DNA from: Aminipila sp.
GTDB lineage: Bacteria; Bacillota; Clostridia; Peptostreptococcales; Anaerovoracaceae
Length of the DNA stretch: 64,000 bases
Direction of reading: 5' to 3'
NCBI GenBank assembly: GCA_032096995.1
Contig: DAMCXN010000001.1
Span: 68,260 to 132,259, forward strand
Position 1 is the stretch's first letter, and the number at the start of each line of letters is the position of its first letter. The translations under genes were made by a program, and so were the position numbers. The notes beneath the pieces were generated by a model. It was not told the DNA's origin and did not search any database. It saw only the letters and a list, made by a program, of their open reading frames with translations. Of this stretch, positions 9,528 through 19,131 are shown one piece after another.

Positions 9528-11094
9528 TCTCTCCATCTCCTCTTATCCAAGTCTTTAATAACTGAGCTGAAATTTCTGGATTAATATCAGTAAAGTCTTG
9601 AATCTGATTTTTCAGTTCATCTTCTCTTGTCTTTCCAAGTTCATCAAGCTGAACCAGTTCTTCAGAGTCTTGTGCATATTTTGCTTCTTCAGCTGCAATT
9701 TCTTGTGCTCTTTTCCTTAACTTAGCTTTATTAATAATTACCATTACAACAACTATCAGAGCAATTATTAATGCTAATACAGCAGGAATTAAAATCTTTA
9801 ACATTGGATTTTTATCCAGTACAGCAGTAATTCCAGTCAACTGCTCCGGTTCTGGCTCAAAGAACTCAGCATTAAAAATAGCAACCTTTGTATCCGCCAT
9901 GGATGGTTCTATTCCTACAGCAAGAGCTATGCTCTGTCTTAATTCTCCAGCTTTAGCTGGTGTCAAACTAGCACTGTCAACTGCCATAGAAACCGTTATA
10001 TCAGTCAACTCTCCAGCATCACTTTGGACCTGTTCTTTAACCTGACTCACTAAATATTCTAACGCTCTATCATCCTTAAAATAAACGTCATTTCCATCTG
10101 TTGTTACTCCTGGGTATACGGGTATATCCGCATTAGTTTCAGTACCTGGAACTCCTGCAGTAATCTCTCCCTCACCTTGAACTTCATAGGTAGAATTAGA
10201 ACTTGCTAAAACACCTTTATTATTTTCCGAAGGAATATATTCAATAATTTCCTTTATTTTTTTATCAATGTCTACTGAGCAGTTTACGCTTACTCTAATA
10301 TTTTTTTCTCCAAATACTGGCTTAAAAATCTCCAATATCTTGGCTTTAAGGTTACTTTCAATTTGTTTCTCGATATTAAACTTTAACGCTGCTGCTCCTT
10401 CTTGAGTATTTTCATCATTTTGACTTACTTCTTCACCATTTCCGTTAAGTACCACTACGTTTTTTATATCAAGACCTGGCACGCCCTTAGCCACTAATCG
10501 TTGAATCCCCTTAACTTGTTCTTTGCTAGGAGAACCACCATCTTCCATAGACACTGTCACAGACGCAGAAGATTCCTTTATGTCTTCTTCCAAAACATAT
10601 TTTTGTTCTTCCGCCATTGCAATAGCAACAGTTGCTTCCTCTATGCCATCAAATTGCTCAATAGTTTCAGCCATACGACTCTCTAATTCGAACTTTGCAT
10701 ACTGATATTTCTCAAAATCTGTTGATAACAAACTAACGTTATTTATAAAAAGATCATATGTAAAACCACTCTTGGGATATCCTTCTGCCGATAAAGCTAC
10801 TTTCATTTTATCAACCATCTCTTTTGGTACGTAGACAGTTCCACCTTTACGGTCATACTCAACAGCCTGATCTTCTAAGACCCCTATTATTTCTATTGCT
10901 TCAGACTCATCAAGTCCAGTATATAGAACTTCATAATTAGGACTATTTAGAAAAAGTGCTGTTGAAAAGGCTATAGCAATTATCAATATTGCCCCTATTG
11001 CAACTATGATTTTTGTCTTTTTATTTAGCTTAGAATTTAAGGCTTCAAGCTTTTCTTTTGTTTGATTAAATTGTTCTAATAAACGTTCTCGCAA
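9520..11094 (-). CDS. fliF: Flagellar MS-ring protein FliF (TTG start)
   Basis: N- and C-terminal TM helices, YEVLYTGL, SASVTV, C-terminal NPEISAQLLKTWI. Confidence 0.95.
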   Translation of the reverse strand: MRERLLEQFNQTKEKLEALNSKLNKKTKIIVAIGAILIIAIAFSTALFLNSPNYEVLYTGLDESEAIEIIGVLEDQAVEYDRKGGTVYVPKEMVDKMKVALSAEGYPKSGFTYDLFINNVSLLSTDFEKYQYAKFELESRMAETIEQFDGIEEATVAIAMAEEQKYVLEEDIKESSASVTVSMEDGGSPSKEQVKGIQRLVAKGVPGLDIKNVVVLNGNGEEVSQNDENTQEGAAALKFNIEKQIESNLKAKILEIFKPVFGEKNIRVSVNCSVDIDKKIKEIIEYIPSENNKGVLASSNSTYEVQGEGEITAGVPGTETNADIPVYPGVTTDGNDVYFKDDRALEYLVSQVKEQVQSDAGELTDITVSMAVDSASLTPAKAGELRQSIALAVGIEPSMADTKVAIFNAEFFEPEPEQLTGITAVLDKNPMLKILIPAVLALIIALIVVVMVIINKAKLRKRAQEIAAEEAKYAQDSEELVQLDELGKTREDELKNQIQDFTDINPEISAQLLKTWIRGDGENE

Positions 11095-11115
11095 TTTCCT
11101 GCCACCTTACCTAAA

Positions 11116-11466
11116 CTACACACTCATACGCATGATTTCGCTATATGAATCAAGTGCTTTATTTCTTAATTCTACCAACAATTCCATTGATAATTGAGCT
11201 TTAGTAATATCGATACTATGTTGATGTAAATTATCGCTCTTTCCGGTCGCAAGCATTTCTGCATCAATGCTTACCTGCTTATCTGTTTCAATAACATCTT
11301 TAATTGCATCTTCAAAGGCAGTCTTAAAAGGGATCTGAACGCCCTGTTCTCCAGCCTTTTCATTGATACCTTGTGTTTCTGTTAAAGTTTTATTATTTAA
11401 ATCTATTTTATTTATTTGCTTTATATCTGACATATTATTGATCGCTTGTATTGGATCTATAACCAT
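11116..11466 (-). CDS. fliE: Flagellar hook-basal body protein FliE
   Basis: C-terminal KAQLSMELLVELRNKALDSYSEIMRMSV; GGAGG RBS before ATG at 11466. Confidence 0.93.
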   Translation of the reverse strand: MVIDPIQAINNMSDIKQINKIDLNNKTLTETQGINEKAGEQGVQIPFKTAFEDAIKDVIETDKQVSIDAEMLATGKSDNLHQHSIDITKAQLSMELLVELRNKALDSYSEIMRMSV

Positions 11467-11523
11467 TTGTTCCTCCAATCATCTCTGTACTCTACACTTC
11501 TTTCTTCACTGTTTTTTGTAAAT

Positions 11524-11994
11524 CTATCTTCCGATTTCTAGTGCCTTCTGTGCCATAAGCTTTATGGCATTTAAGACTGTAACATTTGCCTGATAAGATC
11601 TTGTTGCTGACAGGCTATCAATAGTTTCTTCCAACATATTGACATTAGGAAGCCTCACATAACCATTTTCATCTGCATCCGGATGTTCAGGATTATACTC
11701 TGTTTTAAGTTCACTTTGATCTTCTACAATATCATTTACCCTAACACCTGGAGAATAATCACGTCTAACAATTTTGCCATTTGCATCTCTTTGAATAATT
11801 GCATTATCTAAAGAGTCTTTAAAAGAAACATCTCCAGCCTTATCTTCAAATACAACCATTTTCCTCCTGTATGGACCACCTGCCTCAGTTCTTGTGGTAT
11901 CAATATTTGAAACATTTTCTGCAATAATATCAAGTCTTTGTTTCTGTGCCGTTAACGCCGACGCGCTAATATTCATTGAGTTTAAAAATGACAC
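11524..11994 (-). CDS. flgC: Flagellar basal-body rod protein FlgC (GTG start)
   Basis: SASALTAQKQRLDIIAENVSN, GGPYRRK and YNPEHPDADENGYVRLPNV motifs. Confidence 0.96.
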   Translation of the reverse strand: MSFLNSMNISASALTAQKQRLDIIAENVSNIDTTRTEAGGPYRRKMVVFEDKAGDVSFKDSLDNAIIQRDANGKIVRRDYSPGVRVNDIVEDQSELKTEYNPEHPDADENGYVRLPNVNMLEETIDSLSATRSYQANVTVLNAIKLMAQKALEIGR

Positions 11995-12136
11995 TATATA
12001 CACCGCCTTTCTGGTTTATAAAACTTATCATCCGTGACATATATTTATAATATAGCAAATTTGTTTCCCTACTCCTTTGCTTTAACCTCATTTTCCTTAA
12101 AATAGTACACTTCTCCCATTTTTATACACTCTATAA

Positions 12137-12164
12137 ATTATATATTATTTGACAAACATTGCAA
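12137..12164 (-). promoter_or_regulatory. Putative sigma-A promoter for the flgC operon
   Basis: Minus strand TTGCAA-N16-TATAAT about 140 bp upstream of flgC. Confidence 0.55.
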
Positions 12165-12255
12165 CCATTTTACCCAATAAAATACACAATCTTGTAGAAA
12201 TTTGTTTTATTTTTTAACAATACCCCCTATAGAGTGTTTTTTTACATTTTTTCTT

Positions 12256-12624
12256 CTATAAAATACCTGCTGCAAGACTTTCACTAACCCCTGTTATGTC
12301 TGCCTCAACAATATTCATTGTTACTCGTTCAGGTTTATATATAAATTTGCCTTTACAAAGTAAGCATCTGCATTGTCCATCTTTACAATTCACTTTAATA
12401 TCAAAATTTATAGTACTCTTTTTATATTTCAAAGCCTCTTCAACTATGATGTTCATACGTATCTGGCTTTCCATATCTAAAAGTACAGCTACATTATTCT
12501 CAAAAGCATCTTCTAATTCTTTTGGTTTATACTTTCTAGTAAGATAATAATTATCATTTGCATATAACAATTTGTGTACATTCGATTTAGTAATATCAAC
12601 TACAGCTATCCCTATACTTCCCAT
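12256..12624 (-). CDS. Stand-alone PAS-like domain protein (122 aa, Cys-rich C-terminal half)
   Basis: PAS-like pattern GIAVVD...LYANDNY...KDG..R.L..KG...DIT; AAGGTGG RBS. Confidence 0.6.
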   Translation of the reverse strand: MGSIGIAVVDITKSNVHKLLYANDNYYLTRKYKPKELEDAFENNVAVLLDMESQIRMNIIVEEALKYKKSTINFDIKVNCKDGQCRCLLCKGKFIYKPERVTMNIVEADITGVSESLAAGIL

Positions 12625-12682
12625 AAATTACCACCTTTCTAATAGCTTCTTTTTTTCTAAATAGGCCTAATTTATTGCACCA

Positions 12683-12713
12683 AAAAAACTCCTATTGCAC
12701 ACAAAAAGGAGTC
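12683..12713 (-). terminator. Intrinsic terminator forming the riboswitch expression platform
   Basis: Minus strand ACTCCT..TTG-TGTG-CAATAGGAGT hairpin followed by a T-run, directly 3' of the aptamer. Confidence 0.75.
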
Positions 12714-12721
12714 CTTTAAAT

Positions 12722-12800
12722 ATATGCAACTGGCTGCCATCTCATTGAGTTAAGGCCCTATAGCTTTGCGTCACAGCTTTTCAACTGCTTTGCCAAATAA
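12722..12800 (-). promoter_or_regulatory. Cyclic di-GMP-I (GEMM) riboswitch
   Basis: Minus strand GGCAAAGCAGTTGAAAAGCTGTGACGCAAAGCTATAGGGCCTTAA...ATGGCAGCCAGTTGC matches the GEMM consensus. Confidence 0.95.
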
Positions 12801-12963
12801 TATTTAATTTTATAATTATCTTTTTTAAAGATTGTAATTTTCATAAACTATCAATCTAAAGCTCAACGTTTTCCGCATAAATTATATTATATTCTTTTAC
12901 AAATTTCAACACTATAAAAATATTATTTTCAGATTATTTTGTATTTATTTGTTGAATTTTGTC

Positions 12964-13000
12964 AAAAAAAGGATAGAAATAAAATTTTCTATCCTTTTTG
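12964..13000. terminator. Intrinsic terminator after the FAD oxidoreductase gene
   Basis: AAAAAGGATAGAAA..TTTCTATCCTTTTT inverted repeat. Confidence 0.8.
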
Positions 13001-13022
13001 GTACTATATTTTATTAAATCGT

Positions 13023-14426
13023 TTATTTGCAATACTCTATCTGTCTAGAATATTTCTTAGCCAAAAGTCTTCCTAAGTGAACACCGCTTGCTGATGCCTG
13101 AGAAAGAGAATGTGTAACACCTGAACCATCTCCTAAGGCAAATAAACCTTTTACTTTCGTTTCAAGATTTCCATCTACTTCTACTCTTGAGTTGTAGAAC
13201 TTAACTTCAACACCATAAAGAAGAGTATCTTCATTTGCTGTTCCTGGCGCAATCTTGTCTAAGGCATAAATCATTTCAATAATATTATCTAACTGCCTCT
13301 TTGGAAGTACTAGACTAAGATCTCCAGGGGTGGCTTTTAAAGTAGGTCTTGTAAAACATTTTTCCATACGTCTTTCACTACTTCTTCTACCCTTTACAAG
13401 ATCTCCAAATCTTTGCATTAGTACTCCTCCACCAAGCATATTTGATAGCCTTGCAATAGATTCTCCATATTCATTGCTATCCTTAAACGGTGCAGTTAAT
13501 TTGTTAGATACTAAAAGTGCAAAATTTGTGTTTTCTGTTCTTAAAGATGGATCAGCATAACTGTGTCCGTTTACAGTAACAATACCATTTGTATTTTCTG
13601 CTACCACTTCTCCATATGGATTCATACAGAAAGTCCTCACCATATCATTATATTTGTCTGTCTTATAAACTATTTTACTTTCATAAACATCATCAGTAAT
13701 ATGCTTAAAAATTTCAGCAGGTAATTCTACCCTAACACCAATATCTACCCTATTCTGCTCCAAGCCAATATCCATTTGGTTACAAATTTTAGAAACCCAT
13801 TTAGATCCAGAACGCCCTGTTGCTAATATAATATCATTACATTCATATTCTTCGCCTTTGTTTGTTTTTACATTAAAAGTTCCATCAGAATTTCTCAATA
13901 CCTCAGTAATAGTTGAATAAAATTCCATGTCCACTCTTTGTTTTGTATAATTACATATTCTTTCTAAAATCTGTACATTTCTATCTGTACCTAGATGTCT
14001 TACTTTAGCATCAAGTAAATTCAAATTATTTCTTAAAGCTGTTGTCTTTAAATCTGAATTGCCCGTTGAGTAAAGTTTAGCCTCTGACCCTCCAAAGCTA
14101 CATAATACTTCATCAACATATTCCATAAGTTCCATAGCTTTGTCTTGTCCTATATAAGAATGTAAATCCCCACCAAATTTAGTTGTAATATTATATTTTC
14201 CATCGGATAAAGTGCCTGCTCCACCATAACCATTCATAATATGGCAAGGCTCACACTTTATACAGTTATTAGTCTTTCCTAATTTTATTGGGCAAATTCT
14301 TTTTTCAAGAGGAGCCCCTTTGTCTACCATTAAAATCTTTGCTGTATTATCAAGCTTAGTAAGTTCATATGTCAAGAACACTCCACTTGCGCCTGCTCCA
14401 GCAATTATAATATCATACTTCTTCAT
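13023..14426 (-). CDS. NAD(P)/FAD-dependent oxidoreductase (uncharacterised family)
   Basis: DIIIAGAGASG Rossmann motif, Cys cluster, GGAGTLSDGK, GDGSGVT; GGAGG RBS before ATG at 14426. Confidence 0.88.
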   Translation of the reverse strand: MKKYDIIIAGAGASGVFLTYELTKLDNTAKILMVDKGAPLEKRICPIKLGKTNNCIKCEPCHIMNGYGGAGTLSDGKYNITTKFGGDLHSYIGQDKAMELMEYVDEVLCSFGGSEAKLYSTGNSDLKTTALRNNLNLLDAKVRHLGTDRNVQILERICNYTKQRVDMEFYSTITEVLRNSDGTFNVKTNKGEEYECNDIILATGRSGSKWVSKICNQMDIGLEQNRVDIGVRVELPAEIFKHITDDVYESKIVYKTDKYNDMVRTFCMNPYGEVVAENTNGIVTVNGHSYADPSLRTENTNFALLVSNKLTAPFKDSNEYGESIARLSNMLGGGVLMQRFGDLVKGRRSSERRMEKCFTRPTLKATPGDLSLVLPKRQLDNIIEMIYALDKIAPGTANEDTLLYGVEVKFYNSRVEVDGNLETKVKGLFALGDGSGVTHSLSQASASGVHLGRLLAKKYSRQIEYCK

Positions 14427-14632
14427 AACATCCTCCACTTTGTTGATCCTTCTTTGATCATACACAGTTACTATATCCGAAACAATATAAGAATTCAACT
14501 ATTATATATTGCTACTTTTTATGATATAATTAAATTTAATATCTTATTTATTGTACAAGAATATTTTTTAGTAATTAATCATTTAATATTACTTATTTGC
14601 TAAAGATTTAAATAATGGAGGGTTAACTCAAT

Positions 14633-14794
14633 ATGGACAAAAATAGTTTACTTATAGGTCTTGCTTTTTTTGTAGGCTCAGCCTATTGCTTATTTGATTT
14701 ATTAACAAATAATATTAAATCTTATACTATTACAGGTGTTATTCTTTTTTCATTGGTTGGAGCAGCCTTTATAAAGAAGTCCAGAAGTAGATAA
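14633..14794 (+). CDS. Small two-TM membrane protein (53 aa)
   Basis: Manual translation MDKNSLLIGLAFFVGSAYCLFDLLTNNIKSYTITGVILFSLVGAAFIKKSRSR; GGAGGG RBS; basic tail. Confidence 0.65.
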   Translation: MDKNSLLIGLAFFVGSAYCLFDLLTNNIKSYTITGVILFSLVGAAFIKKSRSR

Positions 14795-15081
14795 TTGTAT
14801 TTTATCTACTTAATATGAAAAGAATATACCCAATTTTGACTCAATAAATATCTATGTATACAACAGCAAAATTGCGTACAAAACATATAAATTAATAACA
14901 ATTTTATGATATTTTTATAATTAACCATACATTGTTAAGGTATTATTATCAAGATGCCTATTGACAATAGTTTTCATTAGGTATATCCTAAGAAAAATTG
15001 AGGGAATTGGTTAAGTTTTATCCCCATAAAATTTAACTATCCTTTTGGATTTTCCCCTAAATAAATAAAAAATCAGCAAAC

Positions 15082-15115
15082 AAAAAACAGAGAGTTAGTA
15101 AACTCTCTGTTTTTT
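15082..15115. terminator. Bidirectional intrinsic terminator
   Basis: AAAAAACAGAGAGTT-AGTA-AACTCTCTGTTTTTT. Confidence 0.88.
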
Positions 15116-15140
15116 GTTAAATGAAACAACTAATTTGCAA

Positions 15141-15449
15141 TTAAGCTTCTTCAGTTGTTAACTTATCAAATTCAGCAACTACTTTTTCAAATTCTGCGTC
15201 GTCATCAATGTCAACTAATTCGAATTCGTCTTCGCCAACTTCCTTATATCCATAGATATAAACATCATCTGTGCCATCATCCGGAATAAGTGCGATGTAT
15301 TCTTTTCCATCAAAATCAAATACACCCATAATTTCGCATTCTACTTCTACGCCATCATCAAATTCTAGAGTTAAGAAATCTGATTCGTCATGTTCATGTT
15401 CACCGCATCCGCAGCCACAACCGCCAGCGCACTTTTCTTTATCTGACAT
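15141..15449 (-). CDS. DUF1292 domain protein with Cys/His-rich N-terminus
   Basis: LTLEFDDGVEVECEIMGVFDFDGKEYIAL and DDAEFEKV motifs; GGAGG RBS. Confidence 0.88.
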   Translation of the reverse strand: MSDKEKCAGGCGCGCGEHEHDESDFLTLEFDDGVEVECEIMGVFDFDGKEYIALIPDDGTDDVYIYGYKEVGEDEFELVDIDDDAEFEKVVAEFDKLTTEEA

Positions 15450-15651
15450 ATTAAAATCCTCCATGTAAAAATCCTTTTTTTAACTAACTTAGTATATGCA
15501 AATTCTCATATACTATTATGAATACTATACCACCATAATTTGTCTTTATCAATTAAAATATTATGATTATGTCTGTAAATACCATTATTAGATACTAAAT
15601 ATATCTTTATTAAATTTTTGTAATTTTATACATTAAGTCTCTAAATTTTAA

Positions 15652-17529
15652 TTATTTATTTTTAAAAAACTCCTTAATATTTTTTGAAACATTCTCCGTT
15701 ATACCTGGAACCATGCACAACTCTTCAAGCGTAGCATTTTTTATTTTTTCCAAACTACCAAAATGTGCTAAAAGGGAATTTCGCCTTTGTGGTCCTATGC
15801 CTTCAATTTCATCAAGAACTGAACTATTAATTTTCTTTCCTCTTAATCCTCTATGATAATCTATTGCAAATCTATGAACTTCTTCTTGTATAGCACCAGT
15901 ATACTTAAATAACAAAGGATGTTCTTTAAGCAACAGTTCATTATATTCTTCGCATCCATAAGGCTTATATACTAACGCTCTAGTTCTATGTTTGTCATCT
16001 TTAGCCATGCCAACTACTGCCACATTTAGCTTGAGAGCACTAAGTATCTGTTGCACAGCAGTCACTTGACCTTTTCCCCCGTCTATAAACAATATGTTAG
16101 GCAAGGTGCTAAAGGCCGGATCACCCTCCAAAGCTCTCTTAAATCTACGATATATAACCTCCTGCATACTACCATAGTCATTTGGTCCTTCTATAGTTCG
16201 AATTTTGAACCGTCTATAAGCCTTTTTGTTAGGTTTTAAACCTTCAAAAACTACCATTGCACCTACAGAATCTACACCATTGGTATTTGATATATCATAT
16301 GCTTCTACCCTATAGTCTTTATATTTTTTATTTTGCTCATCAAGAAGCATGTTATCTTCACCTGCGATAAGATCAACTAAATTTCCAATTTCTTTTGAAA
16401 TCGCTTCTCTCCTTGCTCTATTATTATTTTCACGTGCATCAATCGTCTTTAACATTTCTAAGCAATCTTTCTGCGCTAACTGTAATAAAGCTCTCTTATC
16501 ACCTCTTTGAGGAAGTGTTATTTTAACCTGTCGACCAGCTAGTTGAACTAAGAATTTCTCTATTAATTCCACTTCTTCCAAAGGTGCCTCTACTAGAATC
16601 TCATAAGGAATATTTGGATTATCACTATAATATTGTTTTAAAAATTCACTTACTAACTCAGTTTTTTCTTTAGTACCCTCCATAGCAAAGCTTTCACGCC
16701 CTGTAAGCTTTCCATTTCTTACAAAAAACAATACTACATAAGATTTTTGGCTACTAGAAATAGCTATAGCAATATCTAAATCTTTAAGACCAAGCATCAC
16801 CACATGTTGCTTTTCGGTAATAGCATTGGTAGCTTGAATGTAATCCCTATATTCTGCGGCCTTTTCAAAATTCAGCTGTTCTGACTCTTCTTGCATTTTT
16901 TCTGTCAACATAGTTATTAAAGGTTTCGTCTTTCCATTTAAGAATTCTATAACTTTGTCTATGTCCTCCATATAAGACTCTCTACTTACTTTTCCTGTAC
17001 ATATGCCTCTACATTGGCTAATATGATAATTCAAGCACGGCTTAATAATCTCTGGAAATTTCTTAGTTGGACACCTCTTAAAAGAAAAAATGTTATTAAG
17101 CAAATCTATCATTTGATTGACTGCTCCAACATCTGTATAAGGGCCAAAGTATTTTCCCCCATCATTTTCAATTCTTCGGGTCTTGAGTAATCTTGGGTAG
17201 TCCTCCTCCATGGTTATTTTTATATACGGATATGTTTTGTCGTCCCTAAGTAAAACATTATATTTGGGCATATAACGTTTTATCAATGTACACTCTAAAA
17301 TTAGTGCTTCCATCTCAGTACTTGTAGTAATGTACTCAAATTCTTCAATATTACTTACCATTGCTCTAACTTTTACTGGCATGTTTTTAGACGACTGAAA
17401 ATACTGACGCACTCTATTTTTAAGGGAAACAGCCTTCCCCACATAAATAACTTGCCCCAGTTTATCTTTATGAATATAAACTCCCGGACTATCCGGGAGT
17501 TTTTTTAAATTCTCTTTTATATCAAACAT
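15652..17529 (-). CDS. uvrC: Excinuclease ABC subunit C
   Basis: GIY-YIG (GVY..IYVGKA), EAYDISN, IDGGKGQ, C-terminal HhH. Confidence 0.98.
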   Translation of the reverse strand: MFDIKENLKKLPDSPGVYIHKDKLGQVIYVGKAVSLKNRVRQYFQSSKNMPVKVRAMVSNIEEFEYITTSTEMEALILECTLIKRYMPKYNVLLRDDKTYPYIKITMEEDYPRLLKTRRIENDGGKYFGPYTDVGAVNQMIDLLNNIFSFKRCPTKKFPEIIKPCLNYHISQCRGICTGKVSRESYMEDIDKVIEFLNGKTKPLITMLTEKMQEESEQLNFEKAAEYRDYIQATNAITEKQHVVMLGLKDLDIAIAISSSQKSYVVLFFVRNGKLTGRESFAMEGTKEKTELVSEFLKQYYSDNPNIPYEILVEAPLEEVELIEKFLVQLAGRQVKITLPQRGDKRALLQLAQKDCLEMLKTIDARENNNRARREAISKEIGNLVDLIAGEDNMLLDEQNKKYKDYRVEAYDISNTNGVDSVGAMVVFEGLKPNKKAYRRFKIRTIEGPNDYGSMQEVIYRRFKRALEGDPAFSTLPNILFIDGGKGQVTAVQQILSALKLNVAVVGMAKDDKHRTRALVYKPYGCEEYNELLLKEHPLLFKYTGAIQEEVHRFAIDYHRGLRGKKINSSVLDEIEGIGPQRRNSLLAHFGSLEKIKNATLEELCMVPGITENVSKNIKEFFKNK

Positions 17530-17563
17530 TTTTAATCCATCTCAATAACAATTTAATAAATAG

Positions 17564-18985
17564 TTATCTATTAATATATTTTTCTTTATTAAAATACAGT
17601 TTATCTCGTTCTCTTTCCATTGCAATTCTCATTGCACGTTCTGCTCTTCTCTGTTTTCTACGTTTAATATTTTTATATCTTATGAAAAGTAAAGTAGCAA
17701 TAGCCGCACCTGCAAGTCCTACAAAAATACCTACGCCTGAATATATTTTTACAGCAGACTTATTTGATACCCCAAACACAGCTAGCGCACCACCCAATTC
17801 TACATTTTTTTTTGATACAACATTTACAGAGCTTAAACATATATCTCCTTGGAAGAAATCGACCGTCCCAACAACTTGTCCTTCATCAACGGGTGCATCT
17901 ACATTTTCTGATATTTTTACAACCTTTGTAAGATTCTCATCTGTCTGGTCGATAGGAACCGTAGCATAACCATCTGTAGCGGTAACCAAGGCCACCTCAT
18001 TTTCTGCACCTTTATTGACTTTTATTTTGCCCAAATTCGTATCTTTATCTATAGTTTTTACAGTATGATAATTTTCAAATCCCCAATCTAAAAGTGCTAT
18101 TGAGTCTCCAAATCTTCCTTTATCTGTAGATTTTAATGCAACTGCAATAAGCTCAGTTCCATTACGTTCAGCTCCTGCAACTAGGCATCCTCCTGCCTCA
18201 CTAGTATAACCGGTCTTTATTCCTGTGACCCCGTCATACTTAGCAGTACGTAAAACTCCATTTGCACAAACCTTTGTTCTTGTATCATAAAGTAATCTAT
18301 TCGTATTATATAAATATCTTGGTTCTTCCTGTTTATTTGTAGGTTGTATAGTATGTTTATACGTATTTACATATTTTCTAAAAGTAGGATTCTTCATAGC
18401 TTCTTTTGCTATCATTGCTAAATCATAAGAGGTAGAAACATGATCTTCTGCATGTAATCCATTTGGATTAACAAAGTTTGTATTTTTTGCTCCCAACTCT
18501 TTTGCTCTTTCATTCATCATAACAGCAAAATCATCAACGCTCCCTGCCATTTCTTTAGCCAAAGCAACTGCCGCATCATTAGCAGATTCTAAAAATAATG
18601 CATATAGTAGCTCCTCTACTGTAATTTTCTCTTCCTCCATAAGGTAGATTCTACTACCTCCTGTAAAGGCAGTTTCTTTATCAATAGTTACTACTCTATC
18701 CATAGCTAATTTTTCAATAGCTAAAAGTCCTGTAATCATTTTTGTAGTACTAGCAGGTTCTTTCTGTTCATCTATCGCATTGTTATATAAAATCGTTCCA
18801 GTTTTAGCATCAATCAATATACCAGTTTGTGCTACTATGGATGGTACTGGCGTTATTACATGTGCAGCTGAATCTACCTCTTCTTTAACTGCATCTTCAG
18901 TTGTAGCAAAAGCAACTGAATTATTAACACCAAGCCCTATAACTAAAGAAAATAGCACAATCATTGTTGTAATAGTTTTTTTCAT
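17564..18985 (-). CDS. D-alanyl-D-alanine carboxypeptidase (peptidase S11) with C-terminal TM
   Basis: PASTTK (SxxK), SAN (SxN), KTG motifs; signal peptide. Confidence 0.93.
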   Translation of the reverse strand: MKKTITTMIVLFSLVIGLGVNNSVAFATTEDAVKEEVDSAAHVITPVPSIVAQTGILIDAKTGTILYNNAIDEQKEPASTTKMITGLLAIEKLAMDRVVTIDKETAFTGGSRIYLMEEEKITVEELLYALFLESANDAAVALAKEMAGSVDDFAVMMNERAKELGAKNTNFVNPNGLHAEDHVSTSYDLAMIAKEAMKNPTFRKYVNTYKHTIQPTNKQEEPRYLYNTNRLLYDTRTKVCANGVLRTAKYDGVTGIKTGYTSEAGGCLVAGAERNGTELIAVALKSTDKGRFGDSIALLDWGFENYHTVKTIDKDTNLGKIKVNKGAENEVALVTATDGYATVPIDQTDENLTKVVKISENVDAPVDEGQVVGTVDFFQGDICLSSVNVVSKKNVELGGALAVFGVSNKSAVKIYSGVGIFVGLAGAAIATLLFIRYKNIKRRKQRRAERAMRIAMERERDKLYFNKEKYINR

Positions 18986-19131
18986 TTTTTCCCCAAATTT
19001 CTAAATTTATGTTTTTTTATACTTCTATAAATATATCTCTAACTTTCATATCTCTTTTTTTCTCTATAATATAATATCATTTATATCATCATTTTTTTGA
19101 TATTTATGTGATTTTTTCTTATTTTTTTTAA

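Noticed and set aside
15016..15027. GTTTTATCCCCA 12-mer shared with 35043-35054
   Set aside because: Only two copies seen, in different structural contexts; insufficient evidence for a shared motif.
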